64,000 bases of DNA from an uncultured Clostridia bacterium (GTDB lineage Bacteria; Bacillota; Clostridia; Oscillospirales; Ruminococcaceae). Each line of letters begins with the position of its first letter. The first letter of the stretch is position 1. The notes under the pieces are model-generated. The model did not search any database, was not told the DNA's origin, and saw only the letters and a list, made by a program, of their open reading frames with translations. The stretch spans positions 10,960 to 74,959 of the forward strand of contig CAMCPM010000004.1 of assembly GCA_945876755.1 (NCBI GenBank), given 5' to 3'. The translations under genes and the position numbers were made by a program. Of the stretch, positions 36,564 to 46,242 are shown in pieces.

Positions 36564-37475
36564 TCATTTAATAAGCCGTTCCATATCTTCTCTTATCGGA
36601 CAGAAAAGGGTCATTACCTTACCGTCAGAAGGACGTGAAAAGCTCATTTCTCCGCAGTGGAGAGCCTGTGTTTCGCAGAATTCAAGGCTTCCGCCGTAGA
36701 AATCGTCTCCGGCAAGAGGGTGTCCGGCAGAAGAAAAATGCACACGGATCTGGTGGGTGCGTCCGGTTTTAAGTGATACTTTTACAAGCGAATGTCTGCC
36801 GTTCCTTTTTACAATAGTATAATCGGTAACAGCCCGCTGACCGCTTATACTGATCTCTCTTCGTATTATAGAGCTGCCTGCTCTGCCTATCGGGGCATCT
36901 ATCGTATAAATGCCCGAACCGTTTTCGTACCATTTAAAAAGGGGGTTGCCTGTATCATGCGGTATCGGAGTACCCTCTGTTACCGCCATATAAATTTTTG
37001 AGATGCTTCCGCTGAGAAGATTTGCTGCATGAGCATTTTTTGCCACAGCGCAAAGCCCCGATGTGTCCTTGTCAAGTCTGTTTACCGGGCGGAACGTTGT
37101 CTGCGGAAACATTGCAGCAAAGCAGTTTCCAAGCGTGTCACCCTGATGCCGCACCGAGGGGTGTACAGGCATTCCTGCCGGTTTGTTGAAAACAATAACG
37201 TCGCTGTCCTCATAAGCGACCGGAACATTCAGCGTGAAATTAGGTTCAAGAAGGCTTTCATCCTCAAGCCTTAGAACTATAACGTCTCCGTTTCTTACAG
37301 GGTCAACAGTTCTGACCGTCTCACCGTCACGGGTCATACCGGACGGCATACGTTTCAGCTTCACGAGAAGCCGTCTTGAAACCCCTTTGCTTCTGAGAAA
37401 ATCTCCGCAGGTTTTGCCGCAGTCCGAGGCTTCTGCGGTAAATTGAACAGTACATCCGTTAATTTCCGGCAGCAA
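36564..37475 (-). CDS. RluA-family pseudouridine synthase (RluD-like, with S4 domain)
   Basis: 303 aa. Catalytic motif HRLDKDTSGL-like (VNRLDKDTSGLCAVAK) and C-terminal GRTHQIRVH. Confidence 0.88.
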   Translation of the reverse strand: MLPEINGCTVQFTAEASDCGKTCGDFLRSKGVSRRLLVKLKRMPSGMTRDGETVRTVDPVRNGDVIVLRLEDESLLEPNFTLNVPVAYEDSDVIVFNKPAGMPVHPSVRHQGDTLGNCFAAMFPQTTFRPVNRLDKDTSGLCAVAKNAHAANLLSGSISKIYMAVTEGTPIPHDTGNPLFKWYENGSGIYTIDAPIGRAGSSIIRREISISGQRAVTDYTIVKRNGRHSLVKVSLKTGRTHQIRVHFSSAGHPLAGDDFYGGSLEFCETQALHCGEMSFSRPSDGKVMTLFCPIREDMERLIK

Positions 37476-38307
37476 GCTTATCGCCTCTTTTCACATCGGC
37501 AGAAGAATTATCATCTTTCCCGTCCGCAAGAATAAGCTCGTTTATTGCTCCCGTGTAAACCATATGGAAATACGGAAAAATAAATATTATCGGGAAAATC
37601 ATTACACATGGGACAAGCCATACAGCCAGCGACAGCAGAGTTTCGATAAGATAATCCGTATGACCTTTTATTATGCGGCAGCTTTTTTCGATAAGATATA
37701 CAGGCGGCTTGTCGGGCTCAAGAGCAAAAAGAAACGGCACGGCAGCATATTTCATATTAAAGATTATCATTGCGCAGAATATGCCTGCCGCTATCATCAG
37801 AAACAATACAGCAGCAATGCTGAATACCATTTCTTTTTCTTCCCGTTCTCTGAAATTATTAAGCAGGAATATGCCTGCTGCCAATACTGCGGCGGCAGGG
37901 ACAACAAATACAAGTTTTTTGGACAGCAGTACCGAATTAAGTCTGAATATCTGTCCCATTCTTTTAAACGAGCTGTAACAGCTGAAAACGCTTCTTGCAT
38001 GGACTGAATTGCCGCGTACCTGCTGTATCCTGTACCATTTTACACCATATGAAAACGGAGTCGAGATCAGCCATATCAATACAAGCATTGCAGCTGTAAC
38101 GGCAAGTATCTTTCCGTCGGAAAGGTTGATGCGTTTCTCCGAAACGCCTGCAAAGCCTGTTACAGTGAGAAAATCAGCTGTAAGAAGCCATGCAAGTACG
38201 GCGGCGGATAGTCCGCCAAGGGTTATAAAAAATATAGCGCAGTTTTCGCCCCAGCAGCACATAAGTCTGGGTATAACGCTCTGCTTGAGTTCTTTAACGG
38301 TTTTCAA
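37459..38307 (-). CDS. Polytopic membrane protein of unknown function
   Basis: 282 aa, about 6 hydrophobic segments. Overlaps the downstream gene by 17 nt (operon). No confident family call. Confidence 0.5.
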   Translation of the reverse strand: MKTVKELKQSVIPRLMCCWGENCAIFFITLGGLSAAVLAWLLTADFLTVTGFAGVSEKRINLSDGKILAVTAAMLVLIWLISTPFSYGVKWYRIQQVRGNSVHARSVFSCYSSFKRMGQIFRLNSVLLSKKLVFVVPAAAVLAAGIFLLNNFREREEKEMVFSIAAVLFLMIAAGIFCAMIIFNMKYAAVPFLFALEPDKPPVYLIEKSCRIIKGHTDYLIETLLSLAVWLVPCVMIFPIIFIFPYFHMVYTGAINELILADGKDDNSSADVKRGDKLAAGN

Positions 38308-38327
38308 ATCCTGTTCTCCCTTCGGAA

Positions 38328-38945
38328 TTACTCGTTTCCGGGAATTTTCCCGAGGATCTCAAAGGTGTTTCCGTTCTGCCACATCATAGCGCTCACAAGT
38401 ATCTCATAGCCCTCGCCAGGTTCGCAGGCAAACTGCATAGGCTTCATTTTCGGCAGACCGAAGCAGGACATCATGTTCATAAGTATGCCCGAGTGAGTCA
38501 CAACGCCTGTATGGGTAAATCCGCTTTTCATCATGTCGAGAATGATAAGGTTAAGCGCAGAATAGCAGCGCAGCATCATGCTTCGGAGAGTCTCGCCGTT
38601 AGGGGGAGGATTGTCAAGACCGCCCTTCAGCCATTTTTTATAGCTGTCAAGATTGATAAGTTCCTCGGCAGGAAGTCCCTCGAAAACGCCGAAATCCATT
38701 TCTCTAAGGTCGTCAACAATTACAATTTCACGCTCGGGGAAAAGGATCTCCGCCGATTGTATCGCTCTTTCAAGCGGACTTGAATAAACTCGCTGTACCT
38801 TGGGGTATTCAAGCTGGTCATATTTGTCCTGAAGAGCTTCTCTTCCTGCCTCGGAAAGCGGCAGGTCGGTTTTTCCTATGTAAATTCCGTTTTCGTTTGC
38901 CTCGGTAAGACCGTGGCGGAGAATGCTTATGCGGTATCCCTTCAT
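38328..38945 (-). CDS. Histidine phosphatase superfamily protein (phosphoglycerate mutase / CobC-like)
   Basis: 205 aa. N-terminal RHG motif (ISILRHGLTEAN) and a downstream H in VVTHSG. Confidence 0.8.
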   Translation of the reverse strand: MKGYRISILRHGLTEANENGIYIGKTDLPLSEAGREALQDKYDQLEYPKVQRVYSSPLERAIQSAEILFPEREIVIVDDLREMDFGVFEGLPAEELINLDSYKKWLKGGLDNPPPNGETLRSMMLRCYSALNLIILDMMKSGFTHTGVVTHSGILMNMMSCFGLPKMKPMQFACEPGEGYEILVSAMMWQNGNTFEILGKIPGNE

Positions 38946-39043
38946 ATCAAAATTCCTTTCTGTATAAACCGTCAGAACGGTTTTTGTATAGTATTACACA
39001 AAAAATTCTTATAACATTTATCGACTTTTTTTTCACGAAGCTA

Positions 39044-39072
39044 TTTACAAATTGTACGTTATGCTGTATAAT
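39044..39072 (+). promoter_or_regulatory. Sigma-A promoter of the XRE regulator gene
   Basis: TTTACA (39044-39049), 17-bp spacer, TATAAT (39067-39072). Confidence 0.6.
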
Positions 39073-39109
39073 TTACGATATGTAAAGAACAAATTCAGGA
39101 GGTGACGTG

Positions 39110-39817
39110 ATGAATTCGGACTTTCCAAGAATTATTACACTGTTAAGGAAAGAACGCGGCATCAGTCAGAAAAAGGCAGCCGCTGATCTTGGTATCTCTC
39201 AGGCGCTTCTTTCCCATTATGAAAAGGGAATAAGAGAGTGCGGACTGGAGTTCCTTGTTAAAACGGCGGATTATTATAATGTTTCCTGCGATTACCTTCT
39301 CGGACGTTCACCCGAGCCGGCAGGAAAAACTATTTCTTATGAAGATATTCCCGAACACGACCCCAACAGCAAGGAGAAGATCGCTGCCGGCGGAGTTATG
39401 GCTTCTTTCAACAAAAAACTGGTTGTAAACGCAGTTACGGTTTTGTTCTCACTTGTGCGCAAAACGGGCAGTGCAGCAATTTTAAAGGAAGTTTCCACAT
39501 ATCTGATGCTTGCGGTTTATAAAATGTTCCGTGTGGTTTATTCTTCAAATCCGAAAAACGACCAGCATTTCTTTACCGTTCCGGAAATTGTCGCTCTCGG
39601 CTCGTCATCGGCTGCTATGTCAATGTGCGAAGCAAACGCTTCAGCCGCAGCTAAAGGAATTGCGGCAGGAAACGGAGATTCATCTGCTGAGGCGGATGAT
39701 ATGCTTATTACGGCAAATTCACTTGCAGAGGAATATGCAGGTTCAGCATCGTCGCTCCTTAACGTTATCAAAAACAGCGAGGCACGCATGATGATGATAA
39801 GCAATTCCGACAAGTAA
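39110..39817 (+). CDS. XRE-family helix-turn-helix transcriptional regulator with an uncharacterised C-terminal domain
   Basis: HTH_3 signature LRKERGISQKKAAADLGISQALLSHYEKG. ATG 39110 lies 7 nt after AGGAGG. Confidence 0.8.
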   Translation: MNSDFPRIITLLRKERGISQKKAAADLGISQALLSHYEKGIRECGLEFLVKTADYYNVSCDYLLGRSPEPAGKTISYEDIPEHDPNSKEKIAAGGVMASFNKKLVVNAVTVLFSLVRKTGSAAILKEVSTYLMLAVYKMFRVVYSSNPKNDQHFFTVPEIVALGSSSAAMSMCEANASAAAKGIAAGNGDSSAEADDMLITANSLAEEYAGSASSLLNVIKNSEARMMMISNSDK

Positions 39818-39865
39818 CAGTTTAACACATTTTTTTGCTTTTTTCAATAGAATAAATATAAAAAT

Positions 39866-39906
39866 CGCTGCCGTTCCAATATAAAATACGGCAGCGTAAA
39901 TTTTTA
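39866..39906 (+). terminator. Intrinsic terminator after the XRE gene
   Basis: Stem CGCTGCCGT (39866-39874) / ACGGCAGCG (39888-39896), followed by TAAATTTTTA. Confidence 0.65.
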
Positions 39907-39937
39907 TCGGCGTTAAAGGCAACTTGCGATTTTGTAC

Positions 39938-39966
39938 TTGACAAATCTGCTTTTTTGAGTTATTAT
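39938..39966 (+). promoter_or_regulatory. Sigma-A promoter of the second T-box leader
   Basis: Consensus TTGACA (39938-39943), 17-bp spacer, TATTAT (39961-39966). Confidence 0.65.
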
Positions 39967-39972
39967 TATTCC

Positions 39973-40218
39973 ATAAGTAAAAGGCTGTGACGAGGAGAGT
40001 AGCGTGTTTTCCGTTCCAAAGAGAGGGCAGGACCGATAAGGCCGGCTGAGAATGCCTGTGCGGAGATACAGCGAAGGACGCCTGCCGAGCCGCCGTCTGA
40101 CTAAGGACGGACGTTTTCCTGCGTTAAAGGGTATAAGGTCTGCTATGCGGATAAATACGGGTGGTACCACGGTGGAAATCGTCCCTGTCAAAAGCTTTGG
40201 CTTTTGATGGGATTTTTT
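39973..40218 (+). promoter_or_regulatory. T-box riboswitch leader (probable Asp specifier GAC) upstream of hypothetical-hisS-aspS
   Basis: K-turn-like GUGACGA, AGUA, AGAGAG box, specifier-loop 3' side GAAGGACG (GAC 40077-40079 + G), T-box core ACGGGUGGUACCACGG (40157-40172), and terminator TCCCTGTCAAAAGC/GCTTTTGATGGGA + TTTTTTG (40182-40218). Confidence 0.85.
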
Positions 40219-40257
40219 GTTTTATTCGGGGAAATATTTGAAACGGGAGATTTTAGT

Positions 40258-40926
40258 GTGTCAAAGGAACTGAAAAGACTTCTCATATGCGGCGGAGCAG
40301 CGCTTATACTGCTGCTGATAATAATTCTGCCGGGAAAAATCGAATACCTGAAAAGTGATGACCACGGCTATGACAAGCAGTGTGCAGAGCTTGAAAAGCA
40401 GCTGAAAAAGGAGTACCGAGGTGCGCTGAAAGAGCTTGACGTTTATTTCAAAAACGAAGAAAATACGCTTTATGTGGACTTTTACGAGGGTGGAGTTTAT
40501 TTTCCGTATGTTTATGCCTGCAAGGGAGACGTGGAGAAGTATCTGAACGCAAATCCCGATTTCTTTGCGAATAAAATGGAGAGTACGGTCAAGGTGCAGT
40601 CTCTTGTGCCGGAGTTTGTGGATTATCCTACAACTATGTACGCCTACACGGGAAAGTGCGGCGGAAACGTTAAGCTTGATACCCTCTGGTGGACGACAGA
40701 CCTGTATGAGATAATCGAGGGTATTTCTCTTGACATAACCAAAATAAGGGCGACAAATTATGCAAATGCAGATGTGATATGCGGAGTGCTGAAATATACG
40801 CCTGAGGTCACCGAGGTCGAGTTTGCGGAAATGAAGCACAAGCTTACCGCAGAGCAGGCGGAGCAGGTCAGGGCGGCAGTTCCCGAAGGCTGCGAGGTCA
40901 TTTGCGAAATAAAAGAGGAAAAATAG
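40258..40926 (+). CDS. Hypothetical membrane-anchored protein, first gene of the T-box operon
   Basis: GTG 40258 lies 7 nt after GGGAGA; the track start 40204 lies inside the T-box terminator. One N-terminal TM (LLICGGAALILLLIIILP), then a soluble domain of about 190 aa with no recognisable motifs. Confidence 0.55.
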   Translation: MSKELKRLLICGGAALILLLIIILPGKIEYLKSDDHGYDKQCAELEKQLKKEYRGALKELDVYFKNEENTLYVDFYEGGVYFPYVYACKGDVEKYLNANPDFFANKMESTVKVQSLVPEFVDYPTTMYAYTGKCGGNVKLDTLWWTTDLYEIIEGISLDITKIRATNYANADVICGVLKYTPEVTEVEFAEMKHKLTAEQAEQVRAAVPEGCEVICEIKEEK

Positions 40927-40962
40927 TCTAAAATATAAACGGATATGCAAAGGAGAATTTTT

Positions 40963-42291
40963 ATGGCAATTATTACAAACAGACCAAAGGGTACTCAGGA
41001 CGTTGTTCCAAGCGAATCCTACAAATGGCAGACGGTTGAACACTGCGCTTCGGAAACCGCAGAGTGCTACGGCTTTAAGGAAATACGTTTTCCTACATTT
41101 GAGAACACGGCGCTGTTTAAAAGAAGCGTTGGAGATACTACCGATGTTGTTCAGAAGGAAATGTATGGAGTAACTGCGAAGAGTCCCGCAAACGGAAAGG
41201 ACCCCGATGATTTTACTCTCCGTCCCGAGGGTACGGCAGGCGCTGCCCGTGCGGCTATTGAGAACGGTCTGCTGAACGAGGCGCTTCCTCAGAAGGTGTA
41301 CTATATTATTTCCTGTTTTCGTCACGAAAAGCCACAGGCAGGCAGACTCCGCGAGTTCCACCAGTTCGGCGCGGAAATGTACGGCAGCCCGGACGCAAGC
41401 GCAGACGCCGAGGTAATTGCTATGGCGAAATCGCTGCTTGACCGTCTCGGACTTGACAATGTTGAGCTGTTTATAAATTCTATCGGGTGTCCGACCTGCC
41501 GTGCAGAGTACCACAAGGCGCTGAAAGCTTATTTCGAGAGCAAGAAAGCCGACCTTTGTCCCACCTGTCTTGACCGTCTTGAGCGCAACCCTATGCGTAT
41601 TCTGGACTGCAAAAGTCCCATTTGTCAGGGAATTGCAAAGGACGCTCCCGTTATACTTGATTTTCTTTGCGAGGAGTGCGCTGCTCACTTTGAAAAGCTG
41701 AAAAAGTATCTTGCCGCTATGGGTATTGATTTCAAAATTAATCCAAAGATTGTTCGCGGTCTTGACTATTATACAAAAACCGTTTTTGAGTTTATTACTA
41801 CCGATATCGGAGCGCAGGGTACAGTATGCGGCGGCGGACGTTACGACGGTCTTATCGAAGAGCTGGGCGGAACCCCGACTCCTGCTCTTGGCTTTGCAAT
41901 GGGTCTTGAGCGGCTTATTATGACTATGGAAAGCAAGGGCGCAGAGTTTGCTCCTGCGAAAAAGTGCGACCTGTATATAGCTTCCATGGGCGAGGCGGCG
42001 CAGAACAGAGCTGTTGTCATGGCAAAGCAGCTTCGCGACGAGGGCTACTTTGTTGAGTTCGACACCATGAACAGGGGACTCAAACCGCAGATGAAGTACG
42101 CAAACAAAATCGGCGCTACGTTCACGATGGTTCTGGGCGACAATGAGCTTGAAACAAGTGCCGCAAAGCTGAAAAATATGGCTACGGGCGAGCAGACGGA
42201 TATTTCTCTTGGTGACGGTTTTATCGACCAGTTTTCCAACGCTGTCGTAAGCGAGATGTTTGATGGGGTTATGGAGAATTTCGGGGGATAA
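40963..42291 (+). CDS. hisS: Histidine--tRNA ligase
   Basis: MAIITNRPKGTQD start 8 nt after AAAGGAG. Class II motifs (FRHEKPQAGRLREFHQ, GGGRYDGL). Confidence 0.95.
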   Translation: MAIITNRPKGTQDVVPSESYKWQTVEHCASETAECYGFKEIRFPTFENTALFKRSVGDTTDVVQKEMYGVTAKSPANGKDPDDFTLRPEGTAGAARAAIENGLLNEALPQKVYYIISCFRHEKPQAGRLREFHQFGAEMYGSPDASADAEVIAMAKSLLDRLGLDNVELFINSIGCPTCRAEYHKALKAYFESKKADLCPTCLDRLERNPMRILDCKSPICQGIAKDAPVILDFLCEECAAHFEKLKKYLAAMGIDFKINPKIVRGLDYYTKTVFEFITTDIGAQGTVCGGGRYDGLIEELGGTPTPALGFAMGLERLIMTMESKGAEFAPAKKCDLYIASMGEAAQNRAVVMAKQLRDEGYFVEFDTMNRGLKPQMKYANKIGATFTMVLGDNELETSAAKLKNMATGEQTDISLGDGFIDQFSNAVVSEMFDGVMENFGG

Positions 42292-42360
42292 TGGAATATC
42301 CGAGGAGAAATTTGCTTTTATAACTGTGAAATATAAATTTGTTGAAAGGAAGTAATAAAA

Positions 42361-44142
42361 ATGGCAGACAATATGAAAGGCTTGAAAAGGACTCATTACT
42401 GCGGCGAGGTGCTTACCGCAGGGGAGACCGTTACGGTAGGCGGCTACGTTGATACGGTCCGCGACAAGGGCGGAATTATTTTTATCGTTCTTCGTGACAG
42501 AACAGGCGTTGTTCAGCTCACATTCAACGAGACCACCGACAAGGCGGTGTTTGAAAAGGCTTCGTCCTGCCACTCGGAATATGTGCTTATGGCAAAGGGC
42601 GTTGTTCGCGAGCGTGAAAGCATTAACGAGAAGATCGCTACGGGACGTGTTGAGATATTCGTTGACGACCTGCGTATCCTCGCAAAGGCACAGACTCCTC
42701 CTTTTGAAATTGTTGACAACACCAATACAAACGAGGAACTTCGTCTGAAGTACCGCTACCTTGACCTGCGCCGCAAGCCCTTGCAGGATAACATTATCAA
42801 GAGAAGCAAGATAGCTAAGGTTGCCCGTGACTACTTCTATGAGAACGGCTTTATCGAGATTGAAACTCCGATGATGATTAAATCCACTCCCGAGGGCGCA
42901 AGAGACTATCTTGTTCCGTCCAGAGTTCACCTCGGAAAGTTCTATGCACTGCCACAGTCACCACAGATTTACAAGCAGCTGCTTATGATTTCGGGATTTG
43001 ACCGCTATATCCAGCTTGCACGCTGCTTCCGCGACGAGGATCTCCGTGCCGACAGACAGCCCGAATTTACTCAGATAGACCTTGAAATGTCCTTTGTTGA
43101 CGTTGACGATATTATGGAAATTGGAGAGGGTCTTGTAAAGAGACTTTTCAGCGAGGTCATGGATATTGATATTCCCACTCCGCTGCCGAGACTTACCTAC
43201 ACCGACGCTATGAATCGCTACGGCTCCGACAAGCCCGATACTCGCTTCGGCATGGAAATTCAGGATATTTCCGATATGGTCAAATCCTGCGGCTTCGGCG
43301 TGTTCACTTCTGCAATTGAAGCAGGCGGCTCGGTACGTGCAATCGTTGCAAAGAACGCAGCTTCTGTCCTTACAAGAAAGGAAATCGACAAGCTGACCGA
43401 ATATGTCCGCGGTATCGGCGCAAAGGGTCTTGCCTATGTACGCTGGGTGGAGGACGCTCCCAACTGCTCCTTTGCAAAGTTTATGGGCGATGGTGAGGTT
43501 GAAGCAATACTCTCCGCAATCGGCGCTGAAAAGGGCGACGTTGTACTTATCGTTGCGGACAAAAACAGCGTTACTCTGCCGACTCTCGGCGCGCTCCGTC
43601 TCAAGGTCGCAAAGCAGCTTGATATTATCCCCGAGGGCAAGTTCAATTTCCTGTGGATAACCGAGTTCCCGTTCTTTGAAAAGGACGAGGAAAGCGGCGA
43701 GTGGCTTGCTATGCACCATCCGTTCACAATGCCTATGGACGAGTGTTTACAGTATCTTGACACAAACCCCGAAAAGGTTTTTGCAAAGGCATACGACCTT
43801 GTGCTTAACGGCACTGAGCTTTCCAGCGGTTCGATACGCATTACCGACTATGAGCTTCAGCAGAGAATGTTCAAGGCTCTGGGACTTACCGATGAGGAAA
43901 TTGAAGCCAAATTCGGCTTCCTTGTTGACGCATACAAATACGGCGCTGCTCCCCACGGCGGTATGGGCATAGGTCTTGACCGTCTTGCAATGATCATGTG
44001 CGGTGCAGACAGTCTCCGTGATGTAACGGCATTCCCGAAGGTTCAGAATGCTTCGGAGCTTATGTCCTCCTGCCCGTCGCCTGTTGACAAGGAAAGCCTT
44101 GATATTCTCGGTATTGCCGTTACCAAAAAGGAAGAGGAATAA
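42361..44142 (+). CDS. aspS: Aspartate--tRNA ligase
   Basis: 593 aa. OB-fold N-terminus, QSPQIYKQLLM, FRDEDLRADRQPEFTQ, GGMGIGLDRL, and a bacterial-type insertion domain. Confidence 0.96.
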   Translation: MADNMKGLKRTHYCGEVLTAGETVTVGGYVDTVRDKGGIIFIVLRDRTGVVQLTFNETTDKAVFEKASSCHSEYVLMAKGVVRERESINEKIATGRVEIFVDDLRILAKAQTPPFEIVDNTNTNEELRLKYRYLDLRRKPLQDNIIKRSKIAKVARDYFYENGFIEIETPMMIKSTPEGARDYLVPSRVHLGKFYALPQSPQIYKQLLMISGFDRYIQLARCFRDEDLRADRQPEFTQIDLEMSFVDVDDIMEIGEGLVKRLFSEVMDIDIPTPLPRLTYTDAMNRYGSDKPDTRFGMEIQDISDMVKSCGFGVFTSAIEAGGSVRAIVAKNAASVLTRKEIDKLTEYVRGIGAKGLAYVRWVEDAPNCSFAKFMGDGEVEAILSAIGAEKGDVVLIVADKNSVTLPTLGALRLKVAKQLDIIPEGKFNFLWITEFPFFEKDEESGEWLAMHHPFTMPMDECLQYLDTNPEKVFAKAYDLVLNGTELSSGSIRITDYELQQRMFKALGLTDEEIEAKFGFLVDAYKYGAAPHGGMGIGLDRLAMIMCGADSLRDVTAFPKVQNASELMSSCPSPVDKESLDILGIAVTKKEEE

Positions 44143-44192
44143 TATCCGCACATTTATAATTTTTCATAAATTTCCGAAAGGACTCCCGAAAA

Positions 44193-45581
44193 ATGAAACG
44201 CACAGAACTGAAAAAAATACATGAAACTCCCGAAGCATTTACAGAGGCCGTTACTGTCTGCGGCTGGGTGAAATCTATCCGTGTCAGCAAGGGCATTGCC
44301 TTTCTTTCGATTTCGGACGGAAGCTGCTTTACGCCGGTTCAGATAGTTGCCGAGGAAAGTAAGACCGCTGATTTCGGCATGATATCAAAGCTTAACACGG
44401 GTGCGGCGGTATCCGTTAAGGGCAGAGTTATCCTTACACCAAACGCAAAGCAGCCATTTGAAATAAATGCGGATGATATTGATGTCGAGGGTGCGTCCTC
44501 TCCCGATTATCCTTTGCAGAAAAAAGCGCATGGACTTGAATATCTGCGCTCAATATCGCATCTGCGTATGCGTACTAATACCTTTCAGGCGGTGTTTAAA
44601 ATTCGCTCTGCAGCGGCTCAGGCTCTTCACAGATTTTTTGCGGAGAACGGTTTTGTATACGCTCATACTCCTCTTATCACCGCAAACGACTGCGAGGGTG
44701 CAGGCGAAATGTTCCGTGTCACGACCCTTGATATGAACGACGTCCCCAAAACCGAAAACGGCGAGACCGATTTTTCGCAGGACTTTTTCGGCAGGAGCGC
44801 TTCGCTGACCGTTTCGGGACAGCTTGAAGGCGAGTGCATGGCCATGGCTTTCGGCAAAATTTACACCTTCGGACCTACCTTCCGTGCGGAAAAATCATAT
44901 ACTCCGAGACACGCTGCCGAGTTCTGGATGATAGAGCCGGAAATTGCTTTTGCCGACCTTGAGGACGATATGGAGCTTGCTGAAAATATGCTTAAATATG
45001 TTCTCAATGCACTTCTTGACGAGTGCCGTCCGGAGCTTGAATTCTGCAACAATTTCTATGACAAGGGACTTATTGAGCGCATTGAATCTGTGGCAAATTC
45101 GGACTTTGCAAGGTGCAGCTACACCGAGGCGATAAAGCTTCTTGAAGAGCATAAGGACGAGTTTGAGTATCCTGTTTTCTGGGGCTGCGATCTTCAGACG
45201 GAGCATGAGCGTTATCTTACGGAAAAGGTATTCGGTAAGCCTGTGTTCGTTACAGATTATCCAAAGGAGATAAAGGCATTTTATATGCGTATGAACGACG
45301 ACGGGAAAACCGTTGCAGCAGTTGACCTGCTTGTTCCCGGCGTTGGTGAGCTTATCGGCGGAAGCCAGCGTGAGGAGCGTCTTGACCTGCTTATGCAGAG
45401 AATGGCTGAGCTGGGACTTTCCGCAGAGGACTACGACTGGTATCTCGACCTGAGACGTTACGGCGGAGCAAAGCACGCAGGCTTCGGTCTTGGCTTTGAA
45501 CGGCTTATTATGTACGTTACGGGCGTGGCGAATATCCGTGATGTGATTCCTTTCCCGAGGACAACGGGAAGCATTTATTAA
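44193..45581 (+). CDS. asnS: Asparagine--tRNA ligase
   Basis: 462 aa. [29 protein letters not shown] and GFGLGFERL are typical of AsnS. Confidence 0.93.
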   Translation: MKRTELKKIHETPEAFTEAVTVCGWVKSIRVSKGIAFLSISDGSCFTPVQIVAEESKTADFGMISKLNTGAAVSVKGRVILTPNAKQPFEINADDIDVEGASSPDYPLQKKAHGLEYLRSISHLRMRTNTFQAVFKIRSAAAQALHRFFAENGFVYAHTPLITANDCEGAGEMFRVTTLDMNDVPKTENGETDFSQDFFGRSASLTVSGQLEGECMAMAFGKIYTFGPTFRAEKSYTPRHAAEFWMIEPEIAFADLEDDMELAENMLKYVLNALLDECRPELEFCNNFYDKGLIERIESVANSDFARCSYTEAIKLLEEHKDEFEYPVFWGCDLQTEHERYLTEKVFGKPVFVTDYPKEIKAFYMRMNDDGKTVAAVDLLVPGVGELIGGSQREERLDLLMQRMAELGLSAEDYDWYLDLRRYGGAKHAGFGLGFERLIMYVTGVANIRDVIPFPRTTGSIY

Positions 45582-45596
45582 AGAGGTGCTTTAAAA

Positions 45597-46196
45597 ATGA
45601 TGACTATGCTTTATACGGTCGGCGATAAGATATACGTCAATCTTACAAACCGCTGCCCCTGTGCGTGTACATTCTGCATACGGCAGAACGGCGACGGTGC
45701 TTACGGTTCTGACAGTCTGTGGCTTGACCGTGAACCCACTGTTGACGAGGTTATTGCCGAATTTGAGAAGTACGATTTGAACAAGTACAGCGAGGTCGTT
45801 TTCTGCGGATACGGCGAGCCGATGGAACGTGCCGATGATGTGGCTTTTATCGGACGTTACATTAAGGATAATTTCGGCTTGCCCGTGCGGCTTAACACAA
45901 ACGGTCTGGGAGATAAGATAAATGGCAGACCCACGGCGCAGCTTCTTGAAGGGGCGGTGGATATCGTTTCTATTTCCCTTAACCAGTGCAGTGCCGAAAA
46001 ATACAACGCTGTGACTCGTCCCAAATGGGAGGACTCCTTCGAGGCGATGATATCATTTGCTGCTGACTGCAAAAATTACGTTCCGAAAGTAATGTTTACT
46101 GTGGTGGACGTTATACCTATGGAGGATATCAGCAGATGCAAGGCCCTGGCAATGTCACTTGGGATCGGGCTTAGAGTAAGAACGTATGACAGTTGA
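45597..46196 (+). CDS. Small radical SAM protein (TatD-associated type)
   Basis: 199 aa. CxxxCxxC cluster in NLTNRCPCACTFCIRQ. Size and N-terminus resemble the TatD-family-associated radical SAM group. Confidence 0.65.
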   Translation: MMTMLYTVGDKIYVNLTNRCPCACTFCIRQNGDGAYGSDSLWLDREPTVDEVIAEFEKYDLNKYSEVVFCGYGEPMERADDVAFIGRYIKDNFGLPVRLNTNGLGDKINGRPTAQLLEGAVDIVSISLNQCSAEKYNAVTRPKWEDSFEAMISFAADCKNYVPKVMFTVVDVIPMEDISRCKALAMSLGIGLRVRTYDS

Positions 46197-46242
46197 TTTG
46201 TGAAGCATTATACCCAAATTTAAAATAAAGGAGCAAACCGAA

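Noticed and set aside
38966-38985. A terminator-like hairpin AAACCGT-caga-ACGGTTT + TT on the plus strand.
   Set aside because: No plus-strand gene ends upstream of it. It lies in the divergent promoter/5' UTR region of the histidine phosphatase gene and is only 7 bp long, so it is probably incidental or a minor 5' UTR structure.
40261-42930. An 889-aa ORF on the minus strand, the longest in that region.
   Set aside because: It runs exactly antisense to the hypothetical gene, hisS and the start of aspS, all of which have unmistakable motifs on the plus strand. Its translation is low-complexity (Leu/Arg/Cys/Phe rich) with no RBS or motif. An in-phase antisense frame only gets stops where the sense strand uses TTA/CTA/TCA codons, and these genes largely avoid those.
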